A DNA stretch of 64,000 nt from Phyllosticta citribraziliensis (Eukaryota), in the NCBI RefSeq assembly GCF_038025025.1, contig NW_027117339.1, forward strand, positions 1,860,001-1,924,000, read 5' to 3'. Of the stretch, positions 22,781 through 36,332 are shown piece by piece. Each line of letters starts with the position of its first letter. The stretch's first letter is position 1. A program made the position numbers and the translations under genes. The notes beneath the pieces were generated by a model. The model was not told the DNA's origin and ran no database searches. It saw only the letters and a program-made list of their open reading frames with translations.

Positions 22781-25700
22781 ATGACTGATTTTGCTCGGAA
22801 AGGAGGAATGGACCGGAACAGCGCCATGGTGGCGCCGCTCACCATCAGGAAGAAGCCGTCCAACGCCTGGAGCGCCGCCTCGCGCACCGGCAGCGCCCCA
22901 TCATCACCCAAGTCCCGTCCCACGCCATCCTCGACCAGGACCCGCACTCAATTGTCACCGCCACAGACTCCGCGCGACTCGCAAGAGGATGAACCCCAGC
23001 CCGAGTCGTTCCCAAACTACCTCCGCGCCTTTTACCACTTTCACCCTTCAACAACAATGTCCTCTACTGCTGAACAGAGCTCCATAACAGTCGCCATCAG
23101 CCAGGGAGACGTCATTCTCGTCCACTCAATACATCCCAATGGCTGGGCAGACGGGACCCTGCTCAGCTCCGGAGAGCGAGGGTGGCTGCCTACCAACTAC
23201 TGCGAGAAATACAACCATCCCTTCATCGCCAGTCTCCTCTTCGCCCTGACACATCTCTGGGACCTGGTGAGCAGTGGCGAAAATGGCAACGTTGCCGCCT
23301 TTTCCAAGCAGGACTACGTAAGGTCAATGATCGCAGGCGTCCGCTTGCTCTTGGTATTATTGCATCTTCACCCAGATACGATGAAATGAGCTAACGCAAT
23401 GCCCAGGAAAAATGCAACTGCTTGACAAGAGAGTCACCCCTTGTCATGATGCACTCGAGCATCAGGAGAATCCGCAAGAGCCTACTAGGCGATCTGTCAT
23501 CACTGGTCAAAACGGCCAAGCAATTGCAGCAAAATGTGCTGCAGGGCGATCTTGGCTCCGACGCCGTCTACGAGCTCCTCGACGAGTTGGTCTTCAAGGC
23601 ATTCAAGGTCGTCACTCGAGCCGTTCGCTTCCTCGACGTGTGGGCTCAGGACGCCGATGCCGAACAGGCCGTTGGGGGTGCCTCGAGGCCAATGACCCCG
23701 CCGCACGAGGCGATGCAGAGCAACGCTGAGCAGTCGCAATCAGCCGATGCTGGTGCGACCGAAGCGCTCCAAAACGTTCCTGTCGTGTCACCACCTTCGC
23801 CGCCCCCTTCGGCGACGCTTCCCAGCCACGACCAAGTAGACTGGAATAACACCACTCCTCGTACCGTAACCTACGTTCCTTATCGCGAGTCATTACAGTC
23901 GCCATCATGCATCTCTCCCAAGTCGACCTATCCGAAGCGCATCTCCGTCTCCCATAGAGCTTCGTATACCAGTCAGGTGAGCGGCCAGCGAAAACGCAAC
24001 CTTGCGTCGGAGCGCCTTTCCGCCGCACAGGATTTATTCTTAGGATCAATCGGCTCCTTCATTGGGTTACACTTGCAGTCTCGCTCTTCGTCGGAACTCC
24101 TCACCACCACCCAGCAGGCCGCACTCGCCTGTCGCCAGCTCCTTGCCATTGTGGACGGAGTATGGGAACGCGATCAGCGACGATCCGAGCCTCTCGCACA
24201 AGCAAGGAATACGATGCGCGAAAAGCTCTCGGAGCTCGTGCAGACGACCAAGGACACGTTTGCGCAGACCGAGGCGCTCGTCAACGCAGGGGAATTCGTA
24301 CCTGGCGGCGAAAAAGAAATGGTCGGCGCTGCTACCGGCTGCGTCAAGGCTGCGGGCGACTGCGTCGCCAAAGCAAAAGTCGTTATTGAACGGATAGGCG
24401 ACTTCGAGTTCGAAGAAAACGACGTACGCATCAGTGACGCCATCTTTGACAGATTGGGCCTGCCACGCGTCTCTGCCGAATACTCGCAACCTCAGCCGAG
24501 CAGTGCAAAGCCTCTCCCCGATACTCCTGCGCAAGCAATCCGAAAGTCCCAAGAAGCTATTCGACAATCCCAAGAGGCCAAGCCACTCCCGCCGCCGCCC
24601 GCTGGCCACGAGTCCCGCTCCTTGGCAGAGTCTGTCGAGGCTGTCCCCCGGACATCAAGAGTTCCCTCGGCGCGATCGTCCAAGGATTCCCTGCCAAAAC
24701 TGCCGATTCCCAACTTTTCGCACCAGCAAATATCGTCGGCAGACAAGTCACCAAGCCTGCACAGCGCACGCAGTACACTTGGCAACCGAGGCCCCACTGA
24801 TAGCGTTCACGCTACCGACTCGACCAGCACCTATCCCAACAGCGTCCATGGCGACTCGGCAAGCATCATCTCGCACACGTCGACGCGGGCCACCACCCCG
24901 GACGACGGCCCGTCAAGCCCGAGGCCCGAGCTGGGATTGAACATTAGCATCCCCAGCGTTTCCGAGCTGCAACTGAGCGGTGAGGAATGTAGCGGTGTCG
25001 AGGAAGAGATGCTCGTCAAGACACATGTTCACGAGCTCATCTGGAAAGATGGTCAAATCGCCGGTGGCTCGTTGCCGGCGCTAGTCGAGCAGCTCACGAA
25101 TCATGAGTCGACGCCCGATTCCATGTTCGTCACCGTCTTTTATTTGACTTTCCGTCTGTTCACCACACCGGTGCAGCTTGCGCATCATTTAATAGACCGC
25201 TTCACCTACGTTGGTGACAGCAAAGAGCTCGCCGTCCCTGTGCGCCTCCGCGTGTACAACATCTTCAAAGGCTGGCTCGAGAGTCACTGGCAGCCCGAGA
25301 CCGACGGGGAAGCTCTTGGACTTGTCTTGGGCTTTGCGACCGGCAAGCTCAGAAAGGCAATGCCGTCGTCTGGCAAGAGACTGGCCGATCTCGTCCAGAG
25401 AGTCAGCGGAGTCCGTGTTGGCGCGTCGTCGTCGCGCCTGGTGTCGTCTCAAGGCAAGACCAACACATCGGTTACCGTGTACTCGGCCGTGGATCCCAAT
25501 GTCCCGAACCCAGTCGTGTCCAAGAGCCAACTCAACGCACTCAAGGCTGCTCGCAATGGCAACGCAGCGCCTGGCATCCTGGATTTTGACCCTCTGGAGC
25601 TTGCGCGACAATTCACCCTCATCGAATCGAAGCTATTCTGCTCAATCCAGCCGCACGAGCTTCTTGCCTCGGAGTGGACCAAGAAAGACGGCAGAGCCGT

Positions 25701-26523
25701 CAACGTAAGAGCAATGTCTAAACTCTCGACTGACCTTGCCAACCTCGTGGCCGACAACATTCTGCAAATGGAAGAGCCCAAGAAGCGTGCCGCTGTCATT
25801 AAGCAGTGGGTCAAGATTGCGACAAAGTGCTTGGAACTTAACAACTACGACTCGCTGATGGCCATCGTCTGCTCGCTCAATTCATCAATGGTCATGCGTT
25901 TGAAGCGCACTTGGGAAATGGTCTCTTCCAAGACGCACGCGCGACTCGAGGACCTTCGCGAAATTGTCAATGTCGGCCGTAATTACGCCGTCCTTCGCAA
26001 GAGGCTCGAGAACCACGTCGCTCCCTGCATTCCGTTCGTTGGAATCTACTTGACCGACCTCACCTTTGTGGACGTCGGCAACCACGGCACGCGACAACTG
26101 CCTGGCGAGGGCGGATCCGACTCGGGCATTTCGGTCATCAACTTCGACAAGCACATGCGCACGGCAAGAATCATCAGCCAGCTGCAGCGGTTCCAAGTTC
26201 CGTACGCGCTTGCAGCAGTGCCTGAGATGCAAGACTGGATCCAATCGCAGATTGAGCGCGTGCGCTCTTCGGACCAAAGCAACGTGCAAAACTACTACCG
26301 CCGCTCCCTTGCGCTGGAGCCTCGCGAAGCCCAGCAAGCGACGGCTGGAGCATCCAAGCACAGCCCAAACGTCGACCACGGCGACTCCAAATTCAGCCCA
26401 GCGACCAGCGCGGGTTCTGGCAGCACCAGAGAAAAGTTTGACTTTTTGAACGCGTTTTCCTTTGCCACCAAGGAGTGGCGCTCTGAATCCGTGAGCGGGG
26501 CTTCGCAGCGGTCGACCCTATAA
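22781..26523 (+). CDS. Ras guanine-nucleotide exchange factor, SH3 + REM + CDC25 domain (exons 22781-23353, 23407-26523)
   Basis: SH3: YLRAFYHF..GDVILVH..NGWADG..RGWLPTNYC. REM: GGSLPALVEQLT..FYLTFRLFTTP. Catalytic domain: FDPLELARQFT, LNNYDSLMAI and PCIPFVGIYLTDLTFVDVGN..INFDK. Confidence 0.95.
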
Positions 26524-27422
26524 CGCTCACTAGAGAGGCGTCCCTAGACCTAAAGAGTACACCATACGCATCGCATCACATGGCTGCATCACGGGGAGTT
26601 TGTGCTTCCTCTTCACGAATCGGACGACCATCGGACAGGCGTTTCCCGGAGTTTCCCTTTTCCTTTTCTTTTCCTTCATGCGCCACGCTTCGCTCCAACC
26701 TTTAAGCGATGAGGGGGAGGGAGTTGGCGTCCAGCTATACATATTCGCACGAGCTTCTTTATTTCCCCTTTGCGTCTGCGATGACGGCCCTTTCGTTTTT
26801 CGTTCTTTGATAATCTTTTCAGCTCTCTGTTCTACTTTCTACTAGTAAAACATGAGGATTAACTGGCTTTTCTTTTCTTTTCTTTTTTTTTTTTCCGTGG
26901 GTCTGTTGCATCCATCAATCTTGTCCCCCCTGTTTTTTTCTTTTGGTTCAAAAATGAGGGGGCCCTTCATGATCGGATGTGGGTGGAGCTGCCGGTTGCG
27001 AATATTTCTTAATCTTTGTTTTCGTTCTTGCTTTTTTCTTTCTCTCTGGGTTGTACGATACAAGATACCTCTTTTGCACGCATAGTCGATGGGCTAGTTA
27101 GTCATCATTGTGGTTATGGGAAGGCATGGTGGTGGTGGTTGAGGTGGTGGAGGAAGAAGAAGAAGAGAAGCTCGCTGGTCAAGCAAGCAGAACAGAGGGG
27201 AGTGTGGCTGATGGCGACCGTCGCTCACGGAAGAGGATATGGCAAAATACGGCATCGATCACGGCGTTTTTTTGTGTCTTTCGACGCTGGCTGGCTGGCT
27301 GGGCTGGCGCGCGCAATGGAGTCGCCGGCGTTCGTCGGGGAATGAATCATCAATGTGCACCGGAGGAAGGCAAAAGGTGTACGTGATGCGATGGATGGAT
27401 TGATGGATGGATGAATGGGAGC

Positions 27423-27448
27423 AGCGAGCGAGCGAGCGAGCGAGCGAG
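27423..27448 (+). repeat. (AGCG)n microsatellite within a repeat-rich 3' region
   Basis: Read directly; (GATG)n and (GCAGA)n lie alongside. Confidence 0.9.
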
Positions 27449-28527
27449 GCCCCGTCTGCAGAGCTGAGCTGAGCGGAGCAGAGCAGAGCAGAGTGTTTAA
27501 TGTCGGAAGGAAATTATATGATGATGTTTTCTGGCCACTGTTTGGTGTCGGTCTCTCTGATCTAGTGCTTTCCTGCTGCACCGTGTGTGCCGTTGACCCG
27601 ACCCTCTTTGATTGTCATTGCTCGCTGTCGTGTGGAGGGGAGAGGGGTTCCAGCGTCGTCTTCTTGCTTGCTCCTCTGCTCTACCCTCCTCCCCCTGTCT
27701 TCCATCCACCAAGTCAATCTTTTACGTCCATCTGTACATGAGTGCATGCCAACATGACAACACGCAAAAAAGCCGCCGTCCGATCAGCGAATCTGCTTGC
27801 TCATCCTCGATCGACTGAGACGAAGACCAAGCAGGGACGGCCAAGCCAACCTACAGACAGACAGGCATGCCATCGAGTGTGCTCACCACTGCTACTGATT
27901 TAAACAACCACAGAAGTGAAGAAGTGAGGCCGACCAATTAATAGGTAATGTTTTTTTTTTTTTTTTTTTTGTCTACACATACCAGAGCTACCAGAGCAAT
28001 CGCATAAGATACCGCCAAGTCCCCGCAAGCAGACCAGGACCTTCGCATATCAGATACCGCATGTCCTCCAAGCAATGTCTGTCCCAGAAAATAAGAAATT
28101 TTGGTTTGATTGGCCGCCTCACCTTCCATTCACCCCGCTCGAAATTTTGACCGGATCCCTTTGCTGCGATTTGGCATCGCAGATTTTGATGACCATATCG
28201 TGTGATGCAGACAGCGTGTCTGTAGGATGAGTCTTGGAGAAATGATGAGTGTTTTCGGAAAGATAAAAGCACTTTCAATTGAGCCAGGCTCGCAAGTCCT
28301 CGTCAGGACCGGATTGTAGGTTGTGTTGTGGTGTTCGATTCCACCGGACGCGTGGAGTATATCATGGAGTCTCGACAAGGAGAAATTCAAACCCGAAAGT
28401 TTTGTTCCACACGCAATATGTATGGACGTGTCCGGTTCGGGGTGGGGTCGTAGCCTGGATAAGAGAGGTCGCCATCATTGCGGCCCAAGTAGCGGTGAAA
28501 GCTCAAGCCCGAGTTCGCAAGGGCAAT

Positions 28528-29770
28528 TCAATCCCACTCCCGGCCAAAGTGGCGCCACTCGTCACCGATGCGGCCCGCACGAGCTTCGCTTCGAACCCAA
28601 AAATCATGGTAGGTAGAGTAGTCTGGCAGTAGGTATAAGCAAGCGACAGTATAAATCAATCACGAATAAACATACCACGTTCACGGGACATGCCCAGTTG
28701 GTCTGCGACGTTGACGTATCCTTCGGCATTGACCTGACCTTTTTTTGCGACATTCTTGGCCGAGCCCTGATCGGCCTCCTGCCATGGAGTGCGGCAGAAT
28801 GGACAGGTCACCTTGCCAGGCTTGGTGGCAGCCCACTGGCCAAAGCACGCCTTGTGAATATTGTTTCCACAAGCTGCCTTGCAGTAGACAATTTCCTCAC
28901 TCTCGGGCTCAAATTCGCAGCAGCAAATGGGACAGTCGTCGTCGATCGGCTTACGCCTACCGTCGTTGTCTTCATCGCCGGCAACTTCCGACGGAATAGG
29001 TGGAGCTTTGGCAAAGATCTCGCGCAGCTCGGACGACACGAACGCAAGCTGGTACTGTAGGTGTCTCGGTGCCTTGAGCGTACGAATCAGGACCTGGGGT
29101 CAGGTTAGTGGCATGCAGCAAGGCGGACTGGGATGAAGTACGTAAGCAATGTGCTTGCACTGGTGTCCCTTCTTGTTGTAGGGACACGTGCAACTGGGGG
29201 CTTTGGAAATGTTGACCGTGTAAACGTTGCCGGTCGAACCAGCAATGTCGACATTTTCCTCGGGACACTCTTCGGAGCCGGCGCGGGAGCGGTCAATGAC
29301 AAACATTCTTGTTGTTGGGTCAGTCATCAGCCATGTTCAGACCCTGTGATGTAATGTCTCACCTCTGGGTCAATGCACGTTCTTCAATCTTGCTGAAGGC
29401 CTGGGGAGGCTGAGCACGAAAACTGGTCTCAGTGAGCACGATGAACCAGACGAAAAATAGGGTGGCAAAAATCGGGTGCATACCGCCTGAGACGCTTTTC
29501 CTCGGGAGCCTCCGATTTTGCCTTGGCCTTGGCTTTGGATTTGGCTTTGGCTTTCTTGGAGTCATCGACATCAGCGGGGAGGGTTTCTTGAGCGGGTGCA
29601 GCGGTCTTGCGAGCCTTCTTTCCAACGGCGGGGGCAGAAGGGCTGACGTCTCGTTCGGTGTAGGATACGGGCTGCTTGCGTTTCCTGCTCCTCGAGCGAG
29701 GCGCTAGCGGTGGCGGTACAACAGCTCCACCTGCGTCAGGCACGAGATTGGACGAGCCGTCGGCACCCAT
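28528..29770 (-). CDS. SWIM zinc finger + RING finger protein (5 exons)
   Basis: SWIM: GSTGNVYTV..PSCTCPYNKKGHQCKHIAY. RING: DDCPICC..YCKAACGNNIHKACFGQW..CPFCRTPW. Tail EGYVNVADQLG..RDYSTYH. Four GT-AG introns. Start codon less certain. Confidence 0.88.
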
Positions 29771-30459
29771 GGCTGTGGGCGTCGAAGAATTGGTGGAATG
29801 GGCTGTTGATGGGGCGGTGCCGGATGCGAGCTGACGTTGAGCTGGCGAGTGGGGACGAGAGGGAGAGGTGAGGTCGGGTTGACGTGGTGCTGGGGTTGAC
29901 GTAGTCGTGGGGTCTGGGGTCGCTAGCCTATTTGGGCATGGATGGGCTGAGAAGGAAGTCGCGTTGGTCGCGTGAACACGTGATGAGCCGAAGCAAGCGA
30001 ACCACCGTACCTAGACACGTTAACCTCGACCATCTCTTAGCGTTGGGTGTAGGGGGCTCTAAGCGACGTCTCAAATATGGTCGAGCGCAAATTAGGTGTT
30101 GTCATGGCGCTCAGAGCTCAATTGCAAGGCGCGGCGGCGCACTCAATTGCTGATGGCGCACCGATCACGGACCAGGATTTACATTGCATGAGGAATGCAT
30201 GGGTGATGCGCCGTAAGGTGGTGCAAACAGTAGCTATTACACGGCCTCGCTCGGCCTCGTCCAAACGGACCACTTTTTCTATAAACAGAAATGCTGTACT
30301 AGGGAATCATGTCGACCAATCTGCTCCCTCAACGCCCTGCTCGATGCTAGGCGTGTCGCCGGCCCAGATGATGATGTAAATGCCAAAACAATTTCCCTGC
30401 TCTTTGTGCCCTCTAAAGCAGTCTACGCAAAACGAAATTCGTGCCTCGTGAATCGTGCT

Positions 30460-31534
30460 CTACTTGCGGCCAAAGGGAAAGCGCCTTCCGCTGCTGGCCT
30501 TTTCCTCGTCGGGCTCTGGAGACATGGAATAGGCTTTCTTGCTGCCGAGCTTTTTGCCCAGCCTGACGTCCCTGCGGCTGGCACAGAAGCAGCAGAGACC
30601 AGCTTGAATCAGCCAGGCGAGAATCGAACAGGCGGCGGCGATCCACATAAAGGCAAACATTTGATTGCCTATCGTGGCTCCAATGTTAAGCGAATCGACC
30701 TTGGTGAGGGCGACCTTGAAGATGATGAACATGGCCGTCGCCAGAATGGTCGCCACGGTGATGAAGAGGGCAGTCGCAAAGGAGAGGATGGCAATGGGCA
30801 GCGAAGCCCAGCGCGTAAAGACGGAGAGGGGTGCGAGGAAGATCATGAGGACTGAGAGGACGCATCCAGTGAGAAAGAGACCGAACATCCAGTGGGACAC
30901 AATCTTGACAATGTCGAGATACTGCAGCGCTTCGGCAGGAATGGCAACTAGACGCGGTTAGAAACAATGTTTCACACTAAAAATGACAGGTGGACGTACT
31001 GGTCGCGCCCGAGAGCAGCTCGTTGAGCAGAATTTCGACCGGATTGAACCAGTACAACGACACGGGATTGGAGCAGTGGGTGATTCCGCCGGTGTCATAG
31101 CCTTCGCAGAAACCCCACAGGCCGACCTGGTAAAAGTCGTGCAGGCCGAGTGTCTCTGCAATACTGTTGAGGAGGACCGCGTTGGGGATGGAGGTGGGGA
31201 CAATGTGGCTCAAGTCGAGCTTGATGAAGAAGGTGTCGCGCAGAACGGGCTTATCATAGATGGTGCCGACTTCGACGAGCACGAGGAAGATGAAGGAGAG
31301 CAAGTAGAAAAAGGAGGTCAAGAGACCAAAGACTTTGCGGGTGCGGGTTGCGCGTTTGACTTGTTTCTTGGATAAGGTTGTTCCCGAACGCTTGAGGCCA
31401 TTGGCATCCGGGGTCCAGGATGACGAGCCGGCAGCATTGCTGCGCGCGCTGGCATTTGAGGCCTGGCGGTGCGGCTGAGATGCATCTGTGGCGGCGGGCG
31501 GGTGCTGAGAGTAGGCAGGCGGCGACGAGGACAT
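30460..31534 (-). CDS. SUR7/PalI family four-TM membrane protein (exons 31534-31000, 30947-30460)
   Basis: Claudin-like signature LGLHDFYQVGLWGFCEGY..CS..YWFNPVEIL, four hydrophobic segments, one canonical intron. Confidence 0.9.
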
Positions 31535-31968
31535 TGTGAGAGGAATCCGGAGCTGCAAGGAGACACCAGACAGCAGCGGAGGGAGAGGGAGAGGGAGAGG
31601 AAGAGGAATGGGAAGAAGTGGGTGAGGTGAAGAACAGAGGCGGGTGCGTTTTGGGGCGGAGGGAAGGGCCGACGAGGTGGTAGCAGAGGCGCAGATCCCG
31701 CCTGCAGGAGCCCTGAGGAGCCCTTGATGCAAGAGGCGCCTATGGCCAGAGTGCCAGGCCAGCCACAGGCTCCTTTTGTTCTCGCCATCTCTAGCCCCAA
31801 GCCTTCATGGGGGCTCGGACGTCATGATCCAAGCCTCTATTTGTTTCCACCCGTCCCCCAGCCTGGCCACCATCCTCCCTATGCGTCGAGATCCCTGACT
31901 CTTTTCCGCAGACCCCCATCCATCCTCTTCTCCGACACCTTCTCTCCCGCTTCTCTTCACACCAGACC

Positions 31969-33566
31969 ATGCGGCTCTCTACCCTCCTCGTGGGCTCTCT
32001 GGCCGCTCTCGCCATTGCCGCCAATGACGACAACAGCAACAACGACTCGTCGTCTTCTTCATCATCCGATGTCGTCGTCCTGACCGGAACCGAGCGCACT
32101 GCGCAAAGCACCCCGACGGGCAGCTACATATCCTACTCCAAGACGATCCGCGTGTCCAACAGCGACGGCACCGGTACCCGGACAGGCGCTGCGGCAACCA
32201 CTGGAGCATCAGTCAGCGGTGAAGACGAAGTCAGCAAGACGAGCTCCGACGACAAGACGGTGACCAAGACGACTGAACATACCGTAACCCTTCTTACCGG
32301 CAATGGACATACCTCGACGTATACCGGGGGCCCTCTGACCCCAAATGCCAACATCACCAGAGTCGTCGCCAGCGCCACGAGCTCTTCGGCAACGCCGACC
32401 AACACTCAGCCCTGCAACGGCTATGTCGAGCTTTGCGACCGCAAATACTCCAACATCACCGAGGTCTGCGCGCACAACTCGCCGTTTACTCGGTCGGGGA
32501 GTGCCGCCGCCAACCAGCAGTATGACGTTACGGTTCAGCTCAACGACGGAATCCGCATGCGTAAGCCGCCGAGAACAAAAGTCTAAATTTTAGGTTGTGC
32601 CCGCGCCGCTAATGACGCCACAGTACAAGTCCAGACGCACTACAACGCTACCAAGGACAAATTCAACCTCTGCCACACCTCTTGCGATATCCTCAACTCC
32701 GGAACCCTAGACGACTACCTCGCCGATGTTTCCTCGTGGGTCTCGGATCACCCGTACGATGTCATCACGATCCTGCTCGGAAACGCAGACTACGTCAAGG
32801 TCGGCAATTACACCGGGGTGCTGGAAAACTCTGGGCTGAAGCCGTACCTGTATGAGCCGCCGCAGATTCCCATGGGCCTGGAGGACTGGCCTACCCTGTC
32901 TGAGTTGATCCTGACCGGCAAGCGGGTGCTTATCTTTATGGACTACGAGGCAAATCAGACCGCGGTCCCCTACGTTATGGACGAATTCAGCCACATTTGG
33001 GAGACGCCTTTTGACCCGACAGACCAGAGCTTCCCATGCACCGTTCAACGTCCCCCAGGTCTCACTGACGACCAGGCCCATGATCACATGTACATGATCA
33101 ACCACAACCTCAACGCCGAAATCTCGCTTCTTGGCACGAGTCTGCTGGTCCCAAACACGGTCGAGCTCAATGTCACCAACTCCAATACGACAGAGTACGG
33201 TGCCCTTGGCCGTTCAGCGAATCAGTGCGCCAGTAAGTGTTCTAGATCCAAATACTTGGCAGCGGCGCGGGGCGGATTTGCAAAATCCCCAAACAGCCCG
33301 CCGCAGCTGAGACGTGAAACGAGAGAGACCATGCTGATCGCGTCGCAGACATGTGGGGCCGCCCTCCTAACCGCCTCAACGTCGATTATTACAACGTCGG
33401 CAACTTCAACGGCAGCGTCTTCGCCGTCGCCGCCCACCACAACAATGTCACGTATCACGGCGGTTGCTGTGGGCGTGACAGCGACTCGGCCGCCGTGGCA
33501 GACAAGCCTGCACGGCCCCTGTTTGCAGCGGTCATTGCTTTGATCGTCGGCATTGCCTTTGCATAA
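31969..33566 (+). CDS. Secreted PLC-like phosphodiesterase, possibly GPI-anchored (exons 31969-32560, 32624-33232, 33349-33566)
   Basis: Signal peptide, S/T-rich linker, CNGYVELCDRKYSNIT..AHNSPF, QLNDGIRMLQ, LCHTSC, WETPFDPTD..FPCTVQRPP and WGRPPNRLNVDYY. Hydrophobic C-terminus. Confidence 0.9.
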
Positions 33567-34466
33567 AAGCCTTGCTTGCATTCTCTGTTCAACTATCGTG
33601 TCCTCGATGTTTTCCTTTTTCTCTTGAGGCGTTCGCTGTTGTACAGCTACCAGCGACGCCTTTTTTCACGAAGCCATGGCATACATCTATTGCATAGGCG
33701 ACGGCGTTGTGGGTTTAGGGGCGCAAAAGGTTCGAGTCAAAAGGAGTGAGACTCAACAATCATAGACGGGTCGGAACAGTCGGAATCTATTGCCTCTAAT
33801 TTCAGCCATCTTGTAATTGCCATTCCACTTTGCACATTTCGCTTCTATTCGGACAGGCAGGCAGGCGGCCACGACCTGAGCACGCGCAGGTACATGCCGT
33901 GCCGTATTTTGGCACTCTCGTCTGTTTGAACGGGCCTCCCCTCGCGAGCTCCTTGCCAATCTGATTTCTGTCCATCCGCCATGTGCGCCGTGCGTGTGGG
34001 ACGACACCCAGGTGCCAGCCTCAGCTCCTCGAGACGTCGAGGGCAGCAGCAGATCTTTTTCTGCAAAAGAGAACGAGTCTCGGTCCTCCTGCCGTCCGTT
34101 TCGGAACTCGGCGCCTTCGGTCGGTCTTTAGGTCGGATCTTATCTCGGGAGCTTGTCGCGCCGGGTCATGTCATTTTTTCAGTTCGCGTTTTTGTTTGGT
34201 TGCGATTTTCGTTCTCCTCATTCCTCACTCCACACGGAACATGCCCGCTGCACGACCCAGGACCCAACCCCACCCCGTCATGGTGGTGGTTGTGGTGCGA
34301 TTGATGAATGATGAATGGCCAGAGTCATACAGAGGCTGCTTGCCCCAGTCATAATACATTCGTCAACCATTCGTATCCCGCAGCCAAGCCTCGCCAGCCA
34401 GCCAGCCAGCCATCCAAAACAGACCAAGCGGTTGAAAGGAGCCGAGCAGCTCACCAACATTACCCG

Positions 34467-36332
34467 TCACACTTCCCCCACACCCCTCGCGCAGGCAGCT
34501 GCGAACTGCTTCAGCGCATCCTCATCGCCGTCCTCGTCCATCAACCCCTCGACAGCCTGCCTGTTGCCCTCCCACCGCGCCCACGCCGCCGCCTGTAGCA
34601 GACAGTCTGCCAGGTCGTCCAGCTTGCCAATGTCACCTTCTTGCGTGATGCTCGCTGCTGTCGACGACGTCGTCGCCGCGGTCTCTGTTATTGCCTGGCC
34701 GCCGCCGTCGGCGCCGGGCTGAGCAAGGGCGTGCGCAGGGTCGTGCTCGAGCCTCCCGTGTTCTCGTCGCCCCTGTCCCTGTCCCTGGCTCTGTCCCTGG
34801 CCTTGTCCCTGACGAATATTCGCTCCTGCGTCTCTGGTTTTTTGTGCGCCCTCCTGTCCGCCGCTCTCCTCACCGCTCTCGTGTTCATGGTCCGTCTCTT
34901 GTTGCCTTTGCACAGCCTCAGTCCCCGTCGAAGCGAGATGGCGCTGCTGAGCCTCGACGTCCCCTGCTGTCACCTGTTGTGGCTCCCCCGGCTCTTGTGA
35001 AATGGGTCTGCTAGCGCCTTGATAATGACCCTGAGCGCATTCATCATCTCCGGTGACTTCGGCGGCTGTCGCTGTCGTAGCAAGCGAGGTGCTTTCGCCG
35101 TCGCTTTTGTCCATGCTGGTGGTACCTCGCCGTTTGCCAATGTCCGTGGCCGTCTTCTTCTTCCTCCTTCCTCTCGCCTTGCCCACCATCTTATCCAAAA
35201 ACGCATCCCGCGTCGCCGTAGCCGCGGGCGTGTCGAACGAGACGTCGACATCGTTATCCAAGAATGAGCCCAGCGCAATGTGTTCTTCGTCCATGACGGC
35301 GTCGACGACGGAAGGGATGGCGACGGCGTCGGAGCCGCTGCTGCGCGCCAGCCACGCGCTCAGGAAGGATATCTTGTCGCGCTTTTCGACCTTGAGGCGC
35401 GAGCTCCCCTTGCGCGGCTGCTTGGCTGCCATGAGGGCGCGGCCGAGCGGCGTCGACGTCATCCAGAATTTGGCGACGCGCTGGGGGGACACGGCGTGTG
35501 GGGAAGGCAGGGGCATAAAGGAGGGAGAACCAGTGGTAGAAGTAGTAGCACTTTCATCAATGACAGGAGAAGACGCGAGCTGTGTCCTGGACGTCTTCAC
35601 CTCCTCGGACTTCAGCGTCTCCAGCACCGCCCACAGCATCCCTTCGAGCATGTTGACGCGGTACGTCCACTCTTGCACGGCCGACGACCCCTGGCTGCGG
35701 TACCGCTGCTGCTCAATCAGCAGCGTGCCCGGCGCGTACGGCAGCAGTTTTCGCGTCAGCAGAGTGTACGCGATGCGCGAGAGCGCGGCGGGGAGGAACG
35801 ATTCTTTTTCTGCTGCTGCCGCTCCTCCCCCGACGTCATCCTCGTCCGTCGCCGCGAGCTCCTGCACCGCGATGCGCTCCCACGCAACGACGGACAGGCT
35901 GACCTCGGGGCCCACAGGCATCTTGTCCTTGTCCTTATCTTTGCTCTTGCTCTTGCTCTTGCTCTTGCTCTGCTTCTGGCGCGGCGCGCGCATTTCAACG
36001 TCGGCGACGCAGAACGCAAGATTCCTAATGCCCATGTCGACGCTGACGATGCGATGAGCGACAGATCCGGGAGCGCGCTGCCGGAAGACAGGCGTCAATC
36101 TGGGCGCGGCGACGTCATGGCGGAAGCGCGAGACGAGGGTCGGCTTGGTGCCCGACGTGGGGCTGCCAATGAGCGCGAGGAGCGTCTTGAGGTCGACAGT
36201 CTTTAGCGAAGACGCTGACGTCGTGGAGGTTGCTTTTGGTGTTGGTGGTATTGGGCCGGCCGCTTCTGGTGACGCCGCGATGGTGGATCTGGCTGTTTTG
36301 GGCTTGACATGGAGTCTGGCTCGTGGCGGCAT
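34467..36332 (-). CDS. cce1: Mitochondrial Holliday-junction resolvase Ydc2/Cce1 (SAP-like + RuvC-like)
   Basis: N-terminal LKTVDLKTLLALIGSPTSGTKPTLVSR. Catalytic motifs IVSVDMGIRNLAFC, LLIEQQRYRSQGSSAVQEWTYRVNMLEGML and KLDDLADCLLQ. Confidence 0.92.
   Translation of the reverse strand: MPPRARLHVKPKTARSTIAASPEAAGPIPPTPKATSTTSASSLKTVDLKTLLALIGSPTSGTKPTLVSRFRHDVAAPRLTPVFRQRAPGSVAHRIVSVDMGIRNLAFCVADVEMRAPRQKQSKSKSKSKSKDKDKDKMPVGPEVSLSVVAWERIAVQELAATDEDDVGGGAAAAEKESFLPAALSRIAYTLLTRKLLPYAPGTLLIEQQRYRSQGSSAVQEWTYRVNMLEGMLWAVLETLKSEEVKTSRTQLASSPVIDESATTSTTGSPSFMPLPSPHAVSPQRVAKFWMTSTPLGRALMAAKQPRKGSSRLKVEKRDKISFLSAWLARSSGSDAVAIPSVVDAVMDEEHIALGSFLDNDVDVSFDTPAATATRDAFLDKMVGKARGRRKKKTATDIGKRRGTTSMDKSDGESTSLATTATAAEVTGDDECAQGHYQGASRPISQEPGEPQQVTAGDVEAQQRHLASTGTEAVQRQQETDHEHESGEESGGQEGAQKTRDAGANIRQGQGQGQSQGQGQGRREHGRLEHDPAHALAQPGADGGGQAITETAATTSSTAASITQEGDIGKLDDLADCLLQAAAWARWEGNRQAVEGLMDEDGDEDALKQFAAACARGVGEV

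Noticed and set aside
21509..22784. Long ORFs of 353 and 285 aa upstream of the RasGEF
   Set aside because: Low-complexity translations of a C/T-rich leader with microsatellites, open in several frames, with no domain signal.
33255..33310. GC-rich hairpin or snoRNA in PLC intron 2
   Set aside because: Only an imperfect stem, with no convincing C/D or H/ACA boxes.
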